Origin: an uncultured Planctomycetales bacterium
GTDB taxonomy: Bacteria > Omnitrophota > Gorgyraeia > Zapsychrales > Fredricksoniimonadaceae
Assembly (NCBI GenBank): GCA_964643325.1
Contig: CAZXSE010000003.1
Location: 13,960 to 77,959, forward strand
DNA length: 64,000 bases
Direction of reading: 5' to 3'
The position numbers were made by a program, and so were the translations under genes. Below, in pieces: positions 17,349-30,556 of this stretch. Within the stretch, counting starts at the first letter, position 1; each line of letters starts with the position of its first letter. The notes under the pieces are model-generated. The model did not search any database. It worked only from the letters and a program-made list of their open reading frames with translations, and was not told where the DNA came from.

Positions 17349-18728
17349 TTAGCCGCGCACCGCGTCCAGCGCTTCCCTGACATTCGCCACAGGGACGAGC
17401 TTCAGGGTCTTGAGCGTGACGGGGTTCTTTGCCTTCAAATTATTCTTCGGGACCAGGCAACGCTTGAACCCGAGCTTTTCCGCTTCGTTGAGCCTCAGCG
17501 GCAGGTGCGAAACGCTCCTGACCTCCGCCGAAAGCCCGACCTCGCCCAGCACCGCCATGTCCGACGGGATGGGCTTATCCAGAAAGGCCGAGGCGACGGC
17601 CAGCGCCGCTGCAAGGTCCGCGGCCGGATCCTCCACGCGCACACCGCCGACCACGTTCAGGAATATATCCTGATCCTCCAGCCTCAAGCCCACCCGCTTT
17701 TCAAGCACGGCCACCAACAGCGCCAGGCGGTTCGCGTCGAATCCCTGAGCTTTCTGCCGCACCATGCCGAACGCCGAGCGCGCCACCAGCCCCTGCACCT
17801 CGACGAGAAAAGGCCGTGTTCCTTCAAGGATGGGCACAACGGCCGACCCCGACGCCTCCTTAGAGCGCTCGGAAAGGAATATCTCCGACGGGTTCGGAAC
17901 TTCCGCCAGGCCGTCGGACGTCATTTCAAAAACACCTAGTTCATTGGTCGAACCAAAACGGTTCTTGACCGCGCGCAGCACCCTGTACGCCGAATAACGC
18001 TCCCCTTCGAAATAAAGCACCGTGTCAACGATATGCTCGAGCACCCTCGGCCCGGCGATCGACCCGTCCTTGGTCACATGGCCGATCAAAAACATCGCGA
18101 TACCCTGCGATTTTGCCAGCTGTGTCAGGATCGACGCGCATTCGCGCACCTGGCTGACGCTGCCCGGCGATGAGCCCATGCCCGGCTGATAAACGACCTG
18201 CACCGAGTCGATCACAACGACCTCGGGCTGCAGCGTATTGATGAACGCGATCACCGCGTTAAGGTCGGTCTGATTGACGATAAAAAGCGACTGGGACGGA
18301 TGCTCCAGGGTCCTGTCGGCGCGCATCTTGGTCTGCGCCGTGGATTCTTCGCCGGAAACATAAAGCACCTTCAGCCCCTGGGCGCTGAGCAGGCACGCGG
18401 CCTGCAACGCGATCGTTGATTTGCCGATGCCCGGGTCCCCGGCAATGAGCGTCACGGACCCTGTTACCAGACCCCCGCCCAAAACCCTGTCAAACTCCCC
18501 GAGGCCGGTGTGATAACGCTCTTCCTCGCCGGCGGGGACATCCTTGAGCAGTACAGGCGCATCGGTGTTGGCCACCAGCCCGCGCGCGGAATTATCCGCC
18601 GGACGCGCGATCTGCGCCTCCTCGACGAACGTATTCCAGCTCTGGCATCCCGGGCACTTCCCGATCCAGCGGGAAGATTCCTGGCCGCAACCCTGGCACA
18701 CAAAAATGGTCTTTTGTTTAACAGCCAT
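17349..18728 (-). CDS. radA: DNA repair protein RadA/Sms
   Basis: N-terminal zinc finger CQGCGQESSRWIGKCPGCQSW, Walker A GDPGIGKST, KNRFG motif and a Lon-like C-terminal domain. Confidence 0.95.
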   Translation of the reverse strand: MAVKQKTIFVCQGCGQESSRWIGKCPGCQSWNTFVEEAQIARPADNSARGLVANTDAPVLLKDVPAGEEERYHTGLGEFDRVLGGGLVTGSVTLIAGDPGIGKSTIALQAACLLSAQGLKVLYVSGEESTAQTKMRADRTLEHPSQSLFIVNQTDLNAVIAFINTLQPEVVVIDSVQVVYQPGMGSSPGSVSQVRECASILTQLAKSQGIAMFLIGHVTKDGSIAGPRVLEHIVDTVLYFEGERYSAYRVLRAVKNRFGSTNELGVFEMTSDGLAEVPNPSEIFLSERSKEASGSAVVPILEGTRPFLVEVQGLVARSAFGMVRQKAQGFDANRLALLVAVLEKRVGLRLEDQDIFLNVVGGVRVEDPAADLAAALAVASAFLDKPIPSDMAVLGEVGLSAEVRSVSHLPLRLNEAEKLGFKRCLVPKNNLKAKNPVTLKTLKLVPVANVREALDAVRG

Positions 18729-18737
18729 GCAGGCCCC

Positions 18738-19505
18738 TTATTTGCCCTTCGGACGATAGAACAATTTCCACGGATTGGCCTTCAGATCGGCCGACAATTC
18801 TTCAAGGTTCGTGAAAACGTCCGGGTCCGTGAGGAACTTCCCGACGGTGCCATCACCGCTCTTCATCATCCCCGTCAGGTCCGCCGTATTCGCCAGGATC
18901 GCCGAAAAGGCCCTGGTGTTGGTCTCTGTCAAAAGCCCTTTGTTCAAACTTTCCGTCAGCCCCGCCAGATGCGCGAGCGTTGCCGCCAGCGCGGTCTTAT
19001 TGCCCTCGGTCAGGATGCCGTTATTGATATTATTGAGCGTTGTCGTGACCTCCCCGCCGAGACTGCCCACCATTTTCGTGATGGTCTCCATGGGCACCGG
19101 GTCCTCGCCGCGCACGGTCATGCCCGGCATCACCAGGGCCGCGGACGATCCCGGGATGATCTCCAGGTATTTCTCGCCCAGAAGCCCCAGTTGATTGATC
19201 ATGAACGTTGAATCCGCCGGGACCTTGTGGCCCGCTTCCATCCAGGCCTCCGCGACTACGTGCGTCTTGCGATCGGTATTGTCGTACACGACCCTGATCG
19301 CGCGCACATGCCCCGCGTCAACGCCCGCCACGCGCACCGGCGCGCCCTTTTTCAAGCCGTCGGCATACGAAAAAACAACGCGGCAATCCTGCCCCTTCTT
19401 GAAGATCGAGAAATCACTGATAGCGAACACGAACACGATCAGGCACGCCAGCGCGGCCACGACGAACATCCCGACCTTGACCTGAAGATCCGCTTCTTTC
19501 GGCAT
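18738..19505 (-). CDS. mlaD: MCE-domain protein MlaD
   Basis: ORF 18738..19529 trimmed to the ATG at 19505, which has SD GGGAGAAG. It has an N-terminal TM (VGMFVVAALACLIVFVFAI) and an MCE pattern (GLKKGAPVRVAGVDAGHV). Confidence 0.8.
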   Translation of the reverse strand: MPKEADLQVKVGMFVVAALACLIVFVFAISDFSIFKKGQDCRVVFSYADGLKKGAPVRVAGVDAGHVRAIRVVYDNTDRKTHVVAEAWMEAGHKVPADSTFMINQLGLLGEKYLEIIPGSSAALVMPGMTVRGEDPVPMETITKMVGSLGGEVTTTLNNINNGILTEGNKTALAATLAHLAGLTESLNKGLLTETNTRAFSAILANTADLTGMMKSGDGTVGKFLTDPDVFTNLEELSADLKANPWKLFYRPKGK

Positions 19506-19537
19506 ACTCTTCTCCCGATTCCGTCCCATTAAAAACG

Positions 19538-20311
19538 TTATCTCACATGCCCGAACTTCATGCTCTCGTCCTCGGTGATGGGGCCGAGCGCTTCACCGTT
19601 AATGAACTGCCTTACGACCGGATGACGCGAGGCGCGGATCTCGTCCGGCGTCCCGTCCGCGATCACCTGTCCGTGATAGAACATCGCGATCGTATCCGCG
19701 ATCTTGTACGCCGCGTTCATGTCATGCATGACCACGATGGACGTGACTTTGAGCCGGTCCCGCATCTGGATGATCAGCTGCTGGATCGCGTCGGAAGTGA
19801 TCGGATCGACCTCGCTGGTCGGCTCATCGTAAAGGATGATCCGCGGCTCCATGCACAGCACGCGCGCCAGGCTCACCCGCTTGCGCATGCCTCCCGACAG
19901 TTCCGAGGGCATCAACTCCTCGATGCCGCTCAATCCAACCAAAGAAAGCGCGTGCCCCACGCGTTCTTTCTTTTGCGCTTCCGGCATCCCGGTGAACTCG
20001 TCCAGCACGAACCCGACATTCTCGCCGACGTCCAGCGAATCAAAAAGCGCCCCTCCCTGGAACACCAGGCCGATATTGCGGCGCACGCGATCCAGTTGGG
20101 CGCCGGCCAGCTGCGTGATCTCGGCGCCGTCGATGGCAATGGACCCCGAGTCGGGCCTCAACAGCCCGATGATGTGCTTCAAGAGCACGCTCTTGCCCGC
20201 ACCCGAGCGGCCGATGATCACCTTGGTCTCGCCGGCGCGCACCTGCAGGTTCAGCCCGTTAAGGACCTGGACCTTATTGAATGTTTTATAAAGGTTGCGT
20301 ATCTCTATCAT
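19538..20311 (-). CDS. mlaF: ABC transporter ATP-binding protein MlaF
   Basis: ORF trimmed to MIEIRNLYKTF. Walker A GRSGAGKS and signature LSGGMRKRVSLAR are present. The start overlaps the mlaE stop by 1 nt. Confidence 0.85.
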   Translation of the reverse strand: MIEIRNLYKTFNKVQVLNGLNLQVRAGETKVIIGRSGAGKSVLLKHIIGLLRPDSGSIAIDGAEITQLAGAQLDRVRRNIGLVFQGGALFDSLDVGENVGFVLDEFTGMPEAQKKERVGHALSLVGLSGIEELMPSELSGGMRKRVSLARVLCMEPRIILYDEPTSEVDPITSDAIQQLIIQMRDRLKVTSIVVMHDMNAAYKIADTIAMFYHGQVIADGTPDEIRASRHPVVRQFINGEALGPITEDESMKFGHVR

Positions 20312-21099
20312 CAGGCGTTGAACAAAAAGTAAAAGATGAATGTAAAGAAACAGTCGAACATGATGATCAGGATGAACGCGCGCACCACCGACATGGTCGT
20401 GGCGCGCCCGACACCGTCGGCCACGCCCTTGACATGAAGGCCCTCGAAGCACCCGACCGTCGCGATGATCATGCCGAAGAACATGGTCTTGACCAGGCCC
20501 GTCACAACGTCCTTGACCGCGAGCGAGTCAATGACCATGTTCCAGTACATGTGCGCGTCGATCGACAGCTTGAAATTGCAGATCACGAACCCGCCGAAAA
20601 TACCGACCAGGACGGCAAAAACAGTAAGGACCGGCAGCATGACGGCCAGGGCCAGAAAACGCGGCACCGCCAGATAGCGGACAGGGTCCGTGGCAAAAGC
20701 CCGCAGCGCATCCACCTGCTCGGTCACGACCATGGAGCCGATCTCCGCCGTGATGCCCGCCCCGACACGGCCGGCCACGATCAATGCCGTCAATACCGGC
20801 CCGAGCTCGCGCGTCAAGGAGACCGCGATCACGTTCGGGATATAGATCTCCGCCGAAAGCTGCAGCATCAGGTACGCCATCTGAAGCGCGATGATCATGC
20901 CCACAAACAGCGCCACCAAAGACGCGATCAGGAAACTTCCCGGCCCGACGCGCTTTGCCTGCACCAGGAACCGGTACGGAGAGAACGGCGGTGTCAGCGC
21001 CGCAATCATGATCTGCGCCCCCAACAGCGTCAGCTCTCCGACGTAACGGAAACCGTCCCGCGCCGCGCCCTTTGATCGTTCAAGCCATTCACGCCCCAT
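20311..21099 (-). CDS. mlaE: ABC transporter permease MlaE
   Basis: 262-aa multi-TM protein with an MlaE-like pattern (RELGPVLTALIVAGRVGAGITAEIGSM.VTEQ.DAL). Confidence 0.85.
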   Translation of the reverse strand: MGREWLERSKGAARDGFRYVGELTLLGAQIMIAALTPPFSPYRFLVQAKRVGPGSFLIASLVALFVGMIIALQMAYLMLQLSAEIYIPNVIAVSLTRELGPVLTALIVAGRVGAGITAEIGSMVVTEQVDALRAFATDPVRYLAVPRFLALAVMLPVLTVFAVLVGIFGGFVICNFKLSIDAHMYWNMVIDSLAVKDVVTGLVKTMFFGMIIATVGCFEGLHVKGVADGVGRATTMSVVRAFILIIMFDCFFTFIFYFLFNA

Positions 21100-21114
21100 A
21101 CGCCCCCTTCAGGA

Positions 21115-22097
21115 TCAAAACCCGATATGCTTCTGCAGCCCCACCACGCTCTCACCCGTGTCCCTCACATCGCCGTTGCCGGTGATAAAGGACTTGAGCT
21201 GTGTCGTCTGCGCGCCGTCAACATCCGCCCGGCGGAACGCCCAGGCGCGGCCGCTGTGCTGGTCCTCAACGATCAATTCTTTCTTCAGCTGCCGCAACTG
21301 CGTTCCCATCCGCGGCATATCGCTCACATCCACAACGCCGGTGACCCTGAAACCGGGCCCGTCGGAAGGGTCGATCCTCCCTTCGGCGATGCGGATCAGC
21401 GGAAAAGTCCCTTCCAGATGAAGGTCAAGATTATCGTAATCGATCCGTTTCAACCGGCCGTTGTATGCCGTCAGCCGGCCGCTGACCCCGGGCCGCGCCA
21501 GCGGGCCTTTTAACGCAAGGGCCGCGCTCGCAATGCCGCTGACAGGCGGCGTATCCACGCCGCGCGCCTGAAGCATGTCCCAGAACTCATCAAGGTCGGC
21601 GGACAGCAATTCCAGTGAAACATCCATCTCATGCCGGTCCATCAGGTCGATCGCGCCCTTGCCCGCGAACGCCCCGAACCAGAACGCGTCCACGATCAGG
21701 CGGCGCTCGCGCACCGCGAATTTCAGGTATCCGTCGCGAACAGGCTTGTAATTGAGCAACGTGTACTGCGTTGACAGCTCGCCCGACAGTTCCCGGCGCA
21801 TCGGGTCATTCCCGACGACCACGAATTTCCCTTCCAGGACAGCCGCGACATCCCATGCCCGGGTCGCGACATGCCGCAGGTCCGCGCGCAGGTCATACTG
21901 CCCCGGACCGGGGTGCGTGATATCCAGGACCGCCGCGCCCTGCCCTTCCTGCCCGACGGTCACCGACAGGCTCTGGGCCTGAAGGTCCAGCATGCCCTCG
22001 AAAGGGATCGTCATTCGCGGCGTGTTCCCGGCCTGAGCCGGCGCCGTCACGGCGACCAGGACCCACAGCGCTATGCCCGCACCAGAACGCCCATGCA

Positions 22098-22101
<4 letters not shown>
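21115..22101 (-). CDS. secreted protein of unknown function (first gene of the mla block)
   Basis: Signal peptide MMHGRSGAGIALWVLVAVTAPAQAG. No family motif recognised; a weak resemblance to AsmA/TamB-type repeats is speculative. The start overlaps the clpC stop by 4 nt. Confidence 0.65.
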
Positions 22102-24545
<2,444 letters not shown>

Positions 24546-24566
24546 ACCCCTGCCTCCTGTGTGCTG

Positions 24567-25622
24567 TTACGCCTTGTTCTGGAATTTCTCGCGGATAAGC
24601 CGGGCCCGCCGGATATCGCGTTCCGTTGTCCCCAGTTTCTTGCCCTCGATCTTCTGCAGATGCGCGGGCTGGATCATGATAAAAAGTTCATTGAGCGCCT
24701 TGGGATCAAGGTCCGTGATGATCCCCATATCCACGCCGAGCCGGACCATGGACAAAAGTTCGATGGTCTCCTGGCTCGAGATGATGTGCGCGCTCTTGAG
24801 AATGCCCCATGCCCGGCATACCTTGTCTTCCAGCACATCACGATTCTGCACCAACAGCGCCTGACGCGCCTGCTCTTCCTGCTCAACGATCTGTTTGATC
24901 AGGCCGTTGATGTTCTGGATGATGTCCTGCTCGCTGTGCCCCAGGGACACCTGGTTCGATATCTGATAAAAGTTGCCGATCGCCTGCGTGCCTTCGCCGT
25001 AAAACCCGCGCGAGGCAAAACTGAGCTTCGCGATCGCCGAGAGGACCTTATTGATCTGCCGCGTCATGACCAGCGCCGGCAGATGCACCATGACCGATCC
25101 GCGCATGGCCGTCCCCGTGTTGGTCGGGCACGCGGTCAGAAAACCCCACTCGGGCAGGAACGCGTAGGGCAGCTGCTCGGACAGGGCATTGTCAATGGCA
25201 TTGATCGCGGACCAGGTGCTGTCCAGATCAAATCCCGACTGCATGATCTGGATACGCAGATGGTCCTCTTCATTGACCATGACCGAAAGCGCTTCTTCCT
25301 TCGAAACGATCACCGCCTTGCCCTGCGGATTGGCCGCATGGTCATGGCTCATCAGGTGGCGCTCGACGAGGAACTGCCTGTCCACATTATCCAGCTCGTT
25401 CAGGCGAAAGAACGTCGCATCCTTGAAGAACGGCACCACACCCATGGCGCGTTCGACCGCGGCCAGGACCGTCTCAAGCCCTTCTTTATCGGCGCGGTTC
25501 GTGAACGGCACCGAGGTCAGGTTGCGCGCCAGACGGATGCGCGAGGACATCACGATGTGCGCGTAAGGGCCCGTGCCTTTGAGCCACTCGCCCGTGCTGT
25601 GAATAAGGTCGTTCAATTGCAT
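24567..25622 (-). CDS. mcsB: protein arginine kinase McsB (ATP:guanido phosphotransferase)
   Basis: ORF trimmed to MQLNDLIHSTGEWLKG, which has SD GGAGTGAGG. The guanido-kinase pattern is SSRIRLARN...P, TACPTNTGT.MR.S. It lies between mcsA and clpC. Confidence 0.85.
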   Translation of the reverse strand: MQLNDLIHSTGEWLKGTGPYAHIVMSSRIRLARNLTSVPFTNRADKEGLETVLAAVERAMGVVPFFKDATFFRLNELDNVDRQFLVERHLMSHDHAANPQGKAVIVSKEEALSVMVNEEDHLRIQIMQSGFDLDSTWSAINAIDNALSEQLPYAFLPEWGFLTACPTNTGTAMRGSVMVHLPALVMTRQINKVLSAIAKLSFASRGFYGEGTQAIGNFYQISNQVSLGHSEQDIIQNINGLIKQIVEQEEQARQALLVQNRDVLEDKVCRAWGILKSAHIISSQETIELLSMVRLGVDMGIITDLDPKALNELFIMIQPAHLQKIEGKKLGTTERDIRRARLIREKFQNKA

Positions 25623-25626
25623 AGCC

Positions 25627-26178
25627 TCACTCCTGCCCTTCCATGGTATGGATCCGGTCGCGCAGCGCCGCGGCCCGCTCAAAATCCTCGCGCGCGATCG
25701 CCTCCTGAAGCTGCCGGCGCAGGTCCTCAGCCGTATCTTCTTTCGGAGCGCCTCCGGCGGGCGCGGCAGTGATCACGGCGCCCGTCACGGGCGCAACGCC
25801 CTCGAGCGGCGCGCATTGCACGGGCTTTTTTCCCAGATGCATGTTCGAGCCGTGGATCTTCTTAAGCAGGGCCTTGAGTTGCGGCTTGAACGCCAGATAA
25901 CACTGCGCGCAGCCAAAACGGCCGAACTTGCGAAAATCCTCATAGGTCAGGCCGCACGCCGCGCACTGGATAACGCCCGGCTGTTGCTGCTGCAGATCCG
26001 GCACGTGCTTGCCGAAGTCCGTCAGCCCGGCGAGAAGATCGGCCAGGCCGAACTGCTGCTCCATGTGCTGGCTCTGCTCGCGCGCGCAATCTTCGCACAG
26101 GTGCATCTCGATGGCCTTCCCGTCAACGATCTCGGTCAGATGGACTGTCGCTTTCTTGACGCATTTGTCACATTTCAT
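25627..26178 (-). CDS. mcsA: McsA (UvrB/UvrC-motif, zinc-finger activator of McsB)
   Basis: CxxC pairs (CDKC, CEDC, CAAC, CAQC) and a C-terminal UVR motif LQEAIAREDFERAAALRDRI. Confidence 0.85.
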   Translation of the reverse strand: MKCDKCVKKATVHLTEIVDGKAIEMHLCEDCAREQSQHMEQQFGLADLLAGLTDFGKHVPDLQQQQPGVIQCAACGLTYEDFRKFGRFGCAQCYLAFKPQLKALLKKIHGSNMHLGKKPVQCAPLEGVAPVTGAVITAAPAGGAPKEDTAEDLRRQLQEAIAREDFERAAALRDRIHTMEGQE

Positions 26179-27050
26179 CAGAACCTCACCCCGTCTTTGC
26201 GTGTGACCTCATGGAACAATTTAAGGAGCTTCGCCGTCACAAGCCCGGGCTTGCCCGTGCCGATCACGCGCCCGTCGATCTTCACGACAGGAATAAGCTC
26301 CGCGGCCGTCCCGGTCAGGAACACCTCGTTGGCGTTAAAGAATTCATGGCGCGTGATGAGCGTTTCCTGCACCTTCAGCTTCAGGCGCCGGGCGGCCAAT
26401 GCCATGACCGCGTCGCGCGTGATCCCGTGCAAGTGCCCCTGCAGCGGCGTCTTCAGGACGCCGTTCTTGACCATGAAAATATTATCCCCCGTGCACTCCG
26501 CCACATAACCGCTGCCGTCGAGCAGGATCGCTTCGGGCACCCCGGCATTGTTGGCCTCGATCTTGGCGAGGATGTTGTTCAGGTAATTAAGCGATTTCAG
26601 CTGCGGATTGATCGCTTCCGGATGATTGCGCACCGTCGGCACGGTCACGATCGACAGTCCGTTCCTGTAAAGTTCCGCAGGATACAGCGTGATCTTATCC
26701 GCGATGATGATGACATTGGGCCGCCCCTTGCATTTGCGGGGATCAAGCCCCAGGTCGCCGTCGCCGCGCGTGACGATCAGACGGATATACCCGTCGCGCA
26801 GGCCGTTGGCCTTCAGCGTCCTGACCACGGCCGCGATCATGTCCTTTTTGGTCATGCCCGGATCAATGAGCATGGTGTGGCAGGTCTCATACAGCCGGTC
26901 GATGTGTTCCTGCAGCTTGAACACGACGCCGCTGTAGGCGCGGATCCCTTCAAAAGCGCCATCGCCATAAAGAAAGCCGTGATCGAACACGGAAACCTTC
27001 GCATCCTCTTTGGCCACCAGCTTCCCGTTCACGTAGATCTTAAGCGCCAT
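26178..27050 (-). CDS. ilvE: branched-chain amino acid aminotransferase (class IV)
   Basis: FDHGFLYGDGAFEGIR motif. The ORF-track start at 27062 is a GTG. The ATG at 27050 (MALKIY) has SD GTGAGGT 5 nt upstream. The stop overlaps the mcsA start. Confidence 0.85.
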   Translation of the reverse strand: MALKIYVNGKLVAKEDAKVSVFDHGFLYGDGAFEGIRAYSGVVFKLQEHIDRLYETCHTMLIDPGMTKKDMIAAVVRTLKANGLRDGYIRLIVTRGDGDLGLDPRKCKGRPNVIIIADKITLYPAELYRNGLSIVTVPTVRNHPEAINPQLKSLNYLNNILAKIEANNAGVPEAILLDGSGYVAECTGDNIFMVKNGVLKTPLQGHLHGITRDAVMALAARRLKLKVQETLITRHEFFNANEVFLTGTAAELIPVVKIDGRVIGTGKPGLVTAKLLKLFHEVTRKDGVRF

Positions 27051-27108
27051 AACATACCTCACTTTTTTGTCTCTTGATTATAAACAAACCCCGTCATCAA
27101 AGAAGCAA

Positions 27109-27795
27109 CTATTTGACTTTCGTCAGCGCCCCGTCCTTCATATGGACGATCCGCAGGCACCGCGCGGCTACGGCTTCATCATGCGTGACAATAATGATGG
27201 CCTGTCCGCCGGCATGAAGCCCCAGGATCAGCTCAATGACCGCGGCGCCCGACGCTGAATCCAGATTGCCGGTGGGCTCATCGCACAACAGGACCTTCGG
27301 GCCATTGATGAGCGCCCGCGCGATCGCCACGCGCTGCTGTTCGCCGCCGGAAAGCTGATGCGGTTTGTGCGACGCACGCGCTCCAAGCCCCACGCGCCCC
27401 AGGGCCGCGCACCCTTCCTCCTCGAGCCGGCGCATGCTGCGCATGCCGCCCTTACCGCCGCGCACCAGCGCCGGCATGAACACGTTCTCCAGCGCCGTGA
27501 ATTCCGGCAGCAGATGATAGAACTGGAACACAAGGCCGATCCCGGCATTACGTATCGCCGCGCGACGAACATCGTCGAGCGCGTAAATATCCTGCCCATC
27601 CAGGAAAACCTTGCCCCGGTCCGGCGCGTCCAGTCCGCCGAGCACATGCAACAGCGTTGATTTTCCCGCGCCCGAGGGGCCGACGATCGCCAGCGACGTG
27701 CCTTCGGCCGCCTCCAGGTCGATCCCCCGCAGCACCTCGACGCGTTTTTGCGTGTCCGTGTACGCCTTATGTATGTTCTGTACTCTTAACAGCAT
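27109..27795 (-). CDS. lolD: lipoprotein-releasing ABC transporter ATP-binding protein LolD
   Basis: Walker [13 protein letters not shown], signature [15 protein letters not shown], and adjacency to a LolC/E-type permease. Confidence 0.8.
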   Translation of the reverse strand: MLLRVQNIHKAYTDTQKRVEVLRGIDLEAAEGTSLAIVGPSGAGKSTLLHVLGGLDAPDRGKVFLDGQDIYALDDVRRAAIRNAGIGLVFQFYHLLPEFTALENVFMPALVRGGKGGMRSMRRLEEEGCAALGRVGLGARASHKPHQLSGGEQQRVAIARALINGPKVLLCDEPTGNLDSASGAAVIELILGLHAGGQAIIIVTHDEAVAARCLRIVHMKDGALTKVK

Positions 27796-27800
27796 GGGCT

Positions 27801-29003
27801 CTATTGATACCTCAATGCTTCCACCGGCGCCAGCGATGCCGCGCGCGCCGACGGATAAAGCGTTGCCAGATAACTGATCAATACCGCACTCGCCGTGATC
27901 ACCGCCACGTCCGCCGCCTGGACCAGGACCGGCAGATGGTCGATGTAATAGACCGTCGCGGGAAGCTTGATGAGCTGTGTTTCCTTAAGGATATAGCTCA
28001 AGCCCATGCCGCCCGCCACGCCCAACAGCGTTCCAACGACGCCGAGCGTCACCCCATAGAAAGTGAAGATCCGGCGTATCGCGCCCGACGGAACGCCGAT
28101 CGAGCACAGGATCCCGATATCCTTGGTTTTGGTCGTGACCGTCACGATGAGCGTGCTGATGATGTTGAATGACGCCACCAGCACGATGAGCGTGAGGATC
28201 ACGAACATGGCGAACTTCTCAAGCCTGAGCGCGGCAAAGAAATTCATGTTCTGTTCGATCCAGGTCCGGACGACATAACTGAACCCGATCTCGGCGATCA
28301 CCCCGTCCTTGACCCGCGCCGCGCCGTCCACATCATCAAGCCGCAAGGCCACGCCCGAGACCAGGTCCGCGGGCAGATTGAAGATCGTCCGGGCCTTGGC
28401 ATAATGCACCAGGATCAGGTTCCGGTCGTAATCATACATCCCCGAATCAAAGATCGCCGCGACCTTGAGCTGATACCGCCAGCCCTCGCCTGCCGCGCCG
28501 GAGACCGGCGACAAAAGAGCCAGCGTATCGCCGGGCCTGAGATCATAATACCGCGCCAGTTCCCGGCCGATGATCACATCATCCATGCCAAGCTGCGCGA
28601 CGGTGTAGCCATCTTTCAAGTAGGCATTGATCTGCGTGACGCTGCCCTCAAGCGCAGGGTCCACGCCGCGCAGCAAAAGCCCTGCCGCGCGATTATCGCG
28701 CTCCAGGAATACATTACCGTGCACGAACGGCGCGGCCGAGGCCACGCCCTTGACCGTCCGGATGCGCGCGATCAAGGCACCCGCGTCCCTGACGCCTGTC
28801 TCGCGTTCGACGACCATGTGCGCGGTAGTGCCGATGATCTTGGCCTTAAGGTCGCGGTCGAACCCGGCCATCACGCCGATGACAACAATAAGCGCGGCGA
28901 CGCCGATGGCAATGCCGGCCACCGACACACCGTTGATCAGCGCGAGGAACCTGTCCTTGCGCGCGATCAAATATCTGTAGGCGATCCAAAGTTCATAGTT
29001 CAT
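27801..29003 (-). CDS. lolC: lipoprotein-releasing system permease, LolC/LolE family
   Basis: ORF trimmed to MNYELWIAYRYLIARKDRF. It has a MacB/FtsX-type 4-TM topology with a large periplasmic loop. Confidence 0.8.
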   Translation of the reverse strand: MNYELWIAYRYLIARKDRFLALINGVSVAGIAIGVAALIVVIGVMAGFDRDLKAKIIGTTAHMVVERETGVRDAGALIARIRTVKGVASAAPFVHGNVFLERDNRAAGLLLRGVDPALEGSVTQINAYLKDGYTVAQLGMDDVIIGRELARYYDLRPGDTLALLSPVSGAAGEGWRYQLKVAAIFDSGMYDYDRNLILVHYAKARTIFNLPADLVSGVALRLDDVDGAARVKDGVIAEIGFSYVVRTWIEQNMNFFAALRLEKFAMFVILTLIVLVASFNIISTLIVTVTTKTKDIGILCSIGVPSGAIRRIFTFYGVTLGVVGTLLGVAGGMGLSYILKETQLIKLPATVYYIDHLPVLVQAADVAVITASAVLISYLATLYPSARAASLAPVEALRYQ

Positions 29004-29014
29004 CGTTACCGCGC

Positions 29015-30466
29015 TTATTCCACCGGTTTCATCAGCGGGAACAAAATGACATCCCGGATGCACGCGGAGTCCGTCAGGAGCATGACCAGCCGGTCAATGC
29101 CGATGCCAAGCCCGCCCGCCGGCGGCATCCCGTATTCCAATGCCCGCACGAAATCCTCGTCGATATTGCGCAAGCCCGTCTCCGTATCATCCGTCAGATC
29201 CTCCACCAGGCGCGCGCGCTGCTCTTCGGGATCATTAAGCTCCGAATACGCGTTGCCGACCTCCATGCCCGCGATAAAGAACTCAAAACGTTTGGAAAGC
29301 GCGGCATTCGCCGGATCGGTCTTGGCCAGAGGGCACAAGAACGTGAAATAATCCGTGAAGAACACCGGGTCAATGGTCGCGTCCTCATCCAGGATATCTT
29401 CGACGATCTTCATGATCGCGGACTTGGTCAACCGGTCCACCTTGTAATTGCCCGGGCGCTTTGCCTTGACCTTATCCATCATCACGGTCGCGCTGTCGTC
29501 GGGGTTGATATCGAATTTCTCCTTCACCAGCCCCGCGAAGCTCACCCGCTTCCAGGGCGGCGTGAAATCAATGGTCTTGCCCTGATACTGGACCTTGTAA
29601 TCCCCGGTCACTTCTTTAGCAAGGGAACTGACCAGCGTTTCGGCGATGTCCATCATGTCCTGCATATCGCCATACGCCTGATAAAGCTCAAGCATCGTGA
29701 ACTCGGGATTGTGCCGCGTGGACACGCCCTCATTGCGGAAATTGCGGTTCATCTCATAAACGCGCTCAAATCCTCCGACGAGCAAGCGCTTGAGATAAAG
29801 CTCGGGCGCGATGCGCAGGAACACATCCATATTGTAAGCATTATGCTTCGACTGGAAGGGCTTGCCGCGCGCGCCGCCCGCCTGGGTCTGGAGCATGGGC
29901 GTCTCGACCTCAAGAAAGCCGCGCGCCTCCAGGAAATTTCGCACCGACGAGATGATCTTGCTGCGCTTCATAAAAACATCCCGCACCCCGTCATTGGCGA
30001 TCAGGTCCACATAACGCTGGCGGTAACGGATATCCACATCCTTAAGCCCATGCCATTTCTCCGGCAGGGTCGCAAGCGACTTGGAAAGCAGGGTGAACTT
30101 TTCCACGCGCAAACTCTTCTGCCCCATCTTGGTCGTGAACAGTTTTCCCTCGGCGCCAATAATGTCCCCGATGTCCAGCAGGCGGAACGCAGCCCATTGC
30201 TCGCCGAGAACGGCTTCCTTGAAGAACAATTGGAGCCTGCCCGTGCGGTCCATCAGGTCCCCGAAGAAAACCTTGCCATGATCGCGCAACGCCATCAAGC
30301 GGCCGGCCACCAACGCCGGCTTATCTTCCGCAAAACCATCAAGGACGGACGTAACAGCTTCTGTTCCTAAGAACCTGCCGCCGTAAGGGTTAAGGCCCTT
30401 GGCCCTGAACGCGTCACGCTTGTCCATCCTGATCTTTTTTATCTCATCAAGCTCCACGGGACACAC
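29015..30466 (-). CDS. lysS: lysine--tRNA ligase (class II)
   Basis: FRNEGVSTRHNPEFTMLE motif 2 region and GLGIGIDRLVMLL motif 3. The ORF-track start at 30466 is a GTG, and other in-frame starts (GTG 30457) are possible. Confidence 0.9.
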   Translation of the reverse strand: MCPVELDEIKKIRMDKRDAFRAKGLNPYGGRFLGTEAVTSVLDGFAEDKPALVAGRLMALRDHGKVFFGDLMDRTGRLQLFFKEAVLGEQWAAFRLLDIGDIIGAEGKLFTTKMGQKSLRVEKFTLLSKSLATLPEKWHGLKDVDIRYRQRYVDLIANDGVRDVFMKRSKIISSVRNFLEARGFLEVETPMLQTQAGGARGKPFQSKHNAYNMDVFLRIAPELYLKRLLVGGFERVYEMNRNFRNEGVSTRHNPEFTMLELYQAYGDMQDMMDIAETLVSSLAKEVTGDYKVQYQGKTIDFTPPWKRVSFAGLVKEKFDINPDDSATVMMDKVKAKRPGNYKVDRLTKSAIMKIVEDILDEDATIDPVFFTDYFTFLCPLAKTDPANAALSKRFEFFIAGMEVGNAYSELNDPEEQRARLVEDLTDDTETGLRNIDEDFVRALEYGMPPAGGLGIGIDRLVMLLTDSACIRDVILFPLMKPVE

Positions 30467-30556
30467 CTCTTCTCTTAAGTATTAATATTACAATTTTAGA
30501 GAGTTATTATAAATAAAAGGGCGGGAAGTGTCCAGAGAAACGACGGGAAGCCGGAT

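Noticed and set aside
27105-27122. AGTCAAA, a CtsR-box-like heptad upstream of ilvE-mcsA.
   Set aside because: Only one half-site is present. The second heptad of the direct repeat is missing, and the match lies within the last codons of lolD.
30467-30556. The AT-rich 90-nt spacer upstream of lysS, considered as an L-box or T-box leader.
   Set aside because: It is too short for either element and has no conserved motifs. It is most simply an AT-rich promoter region, and I could not place -35 and -10 boxes confidently enough to annotate.
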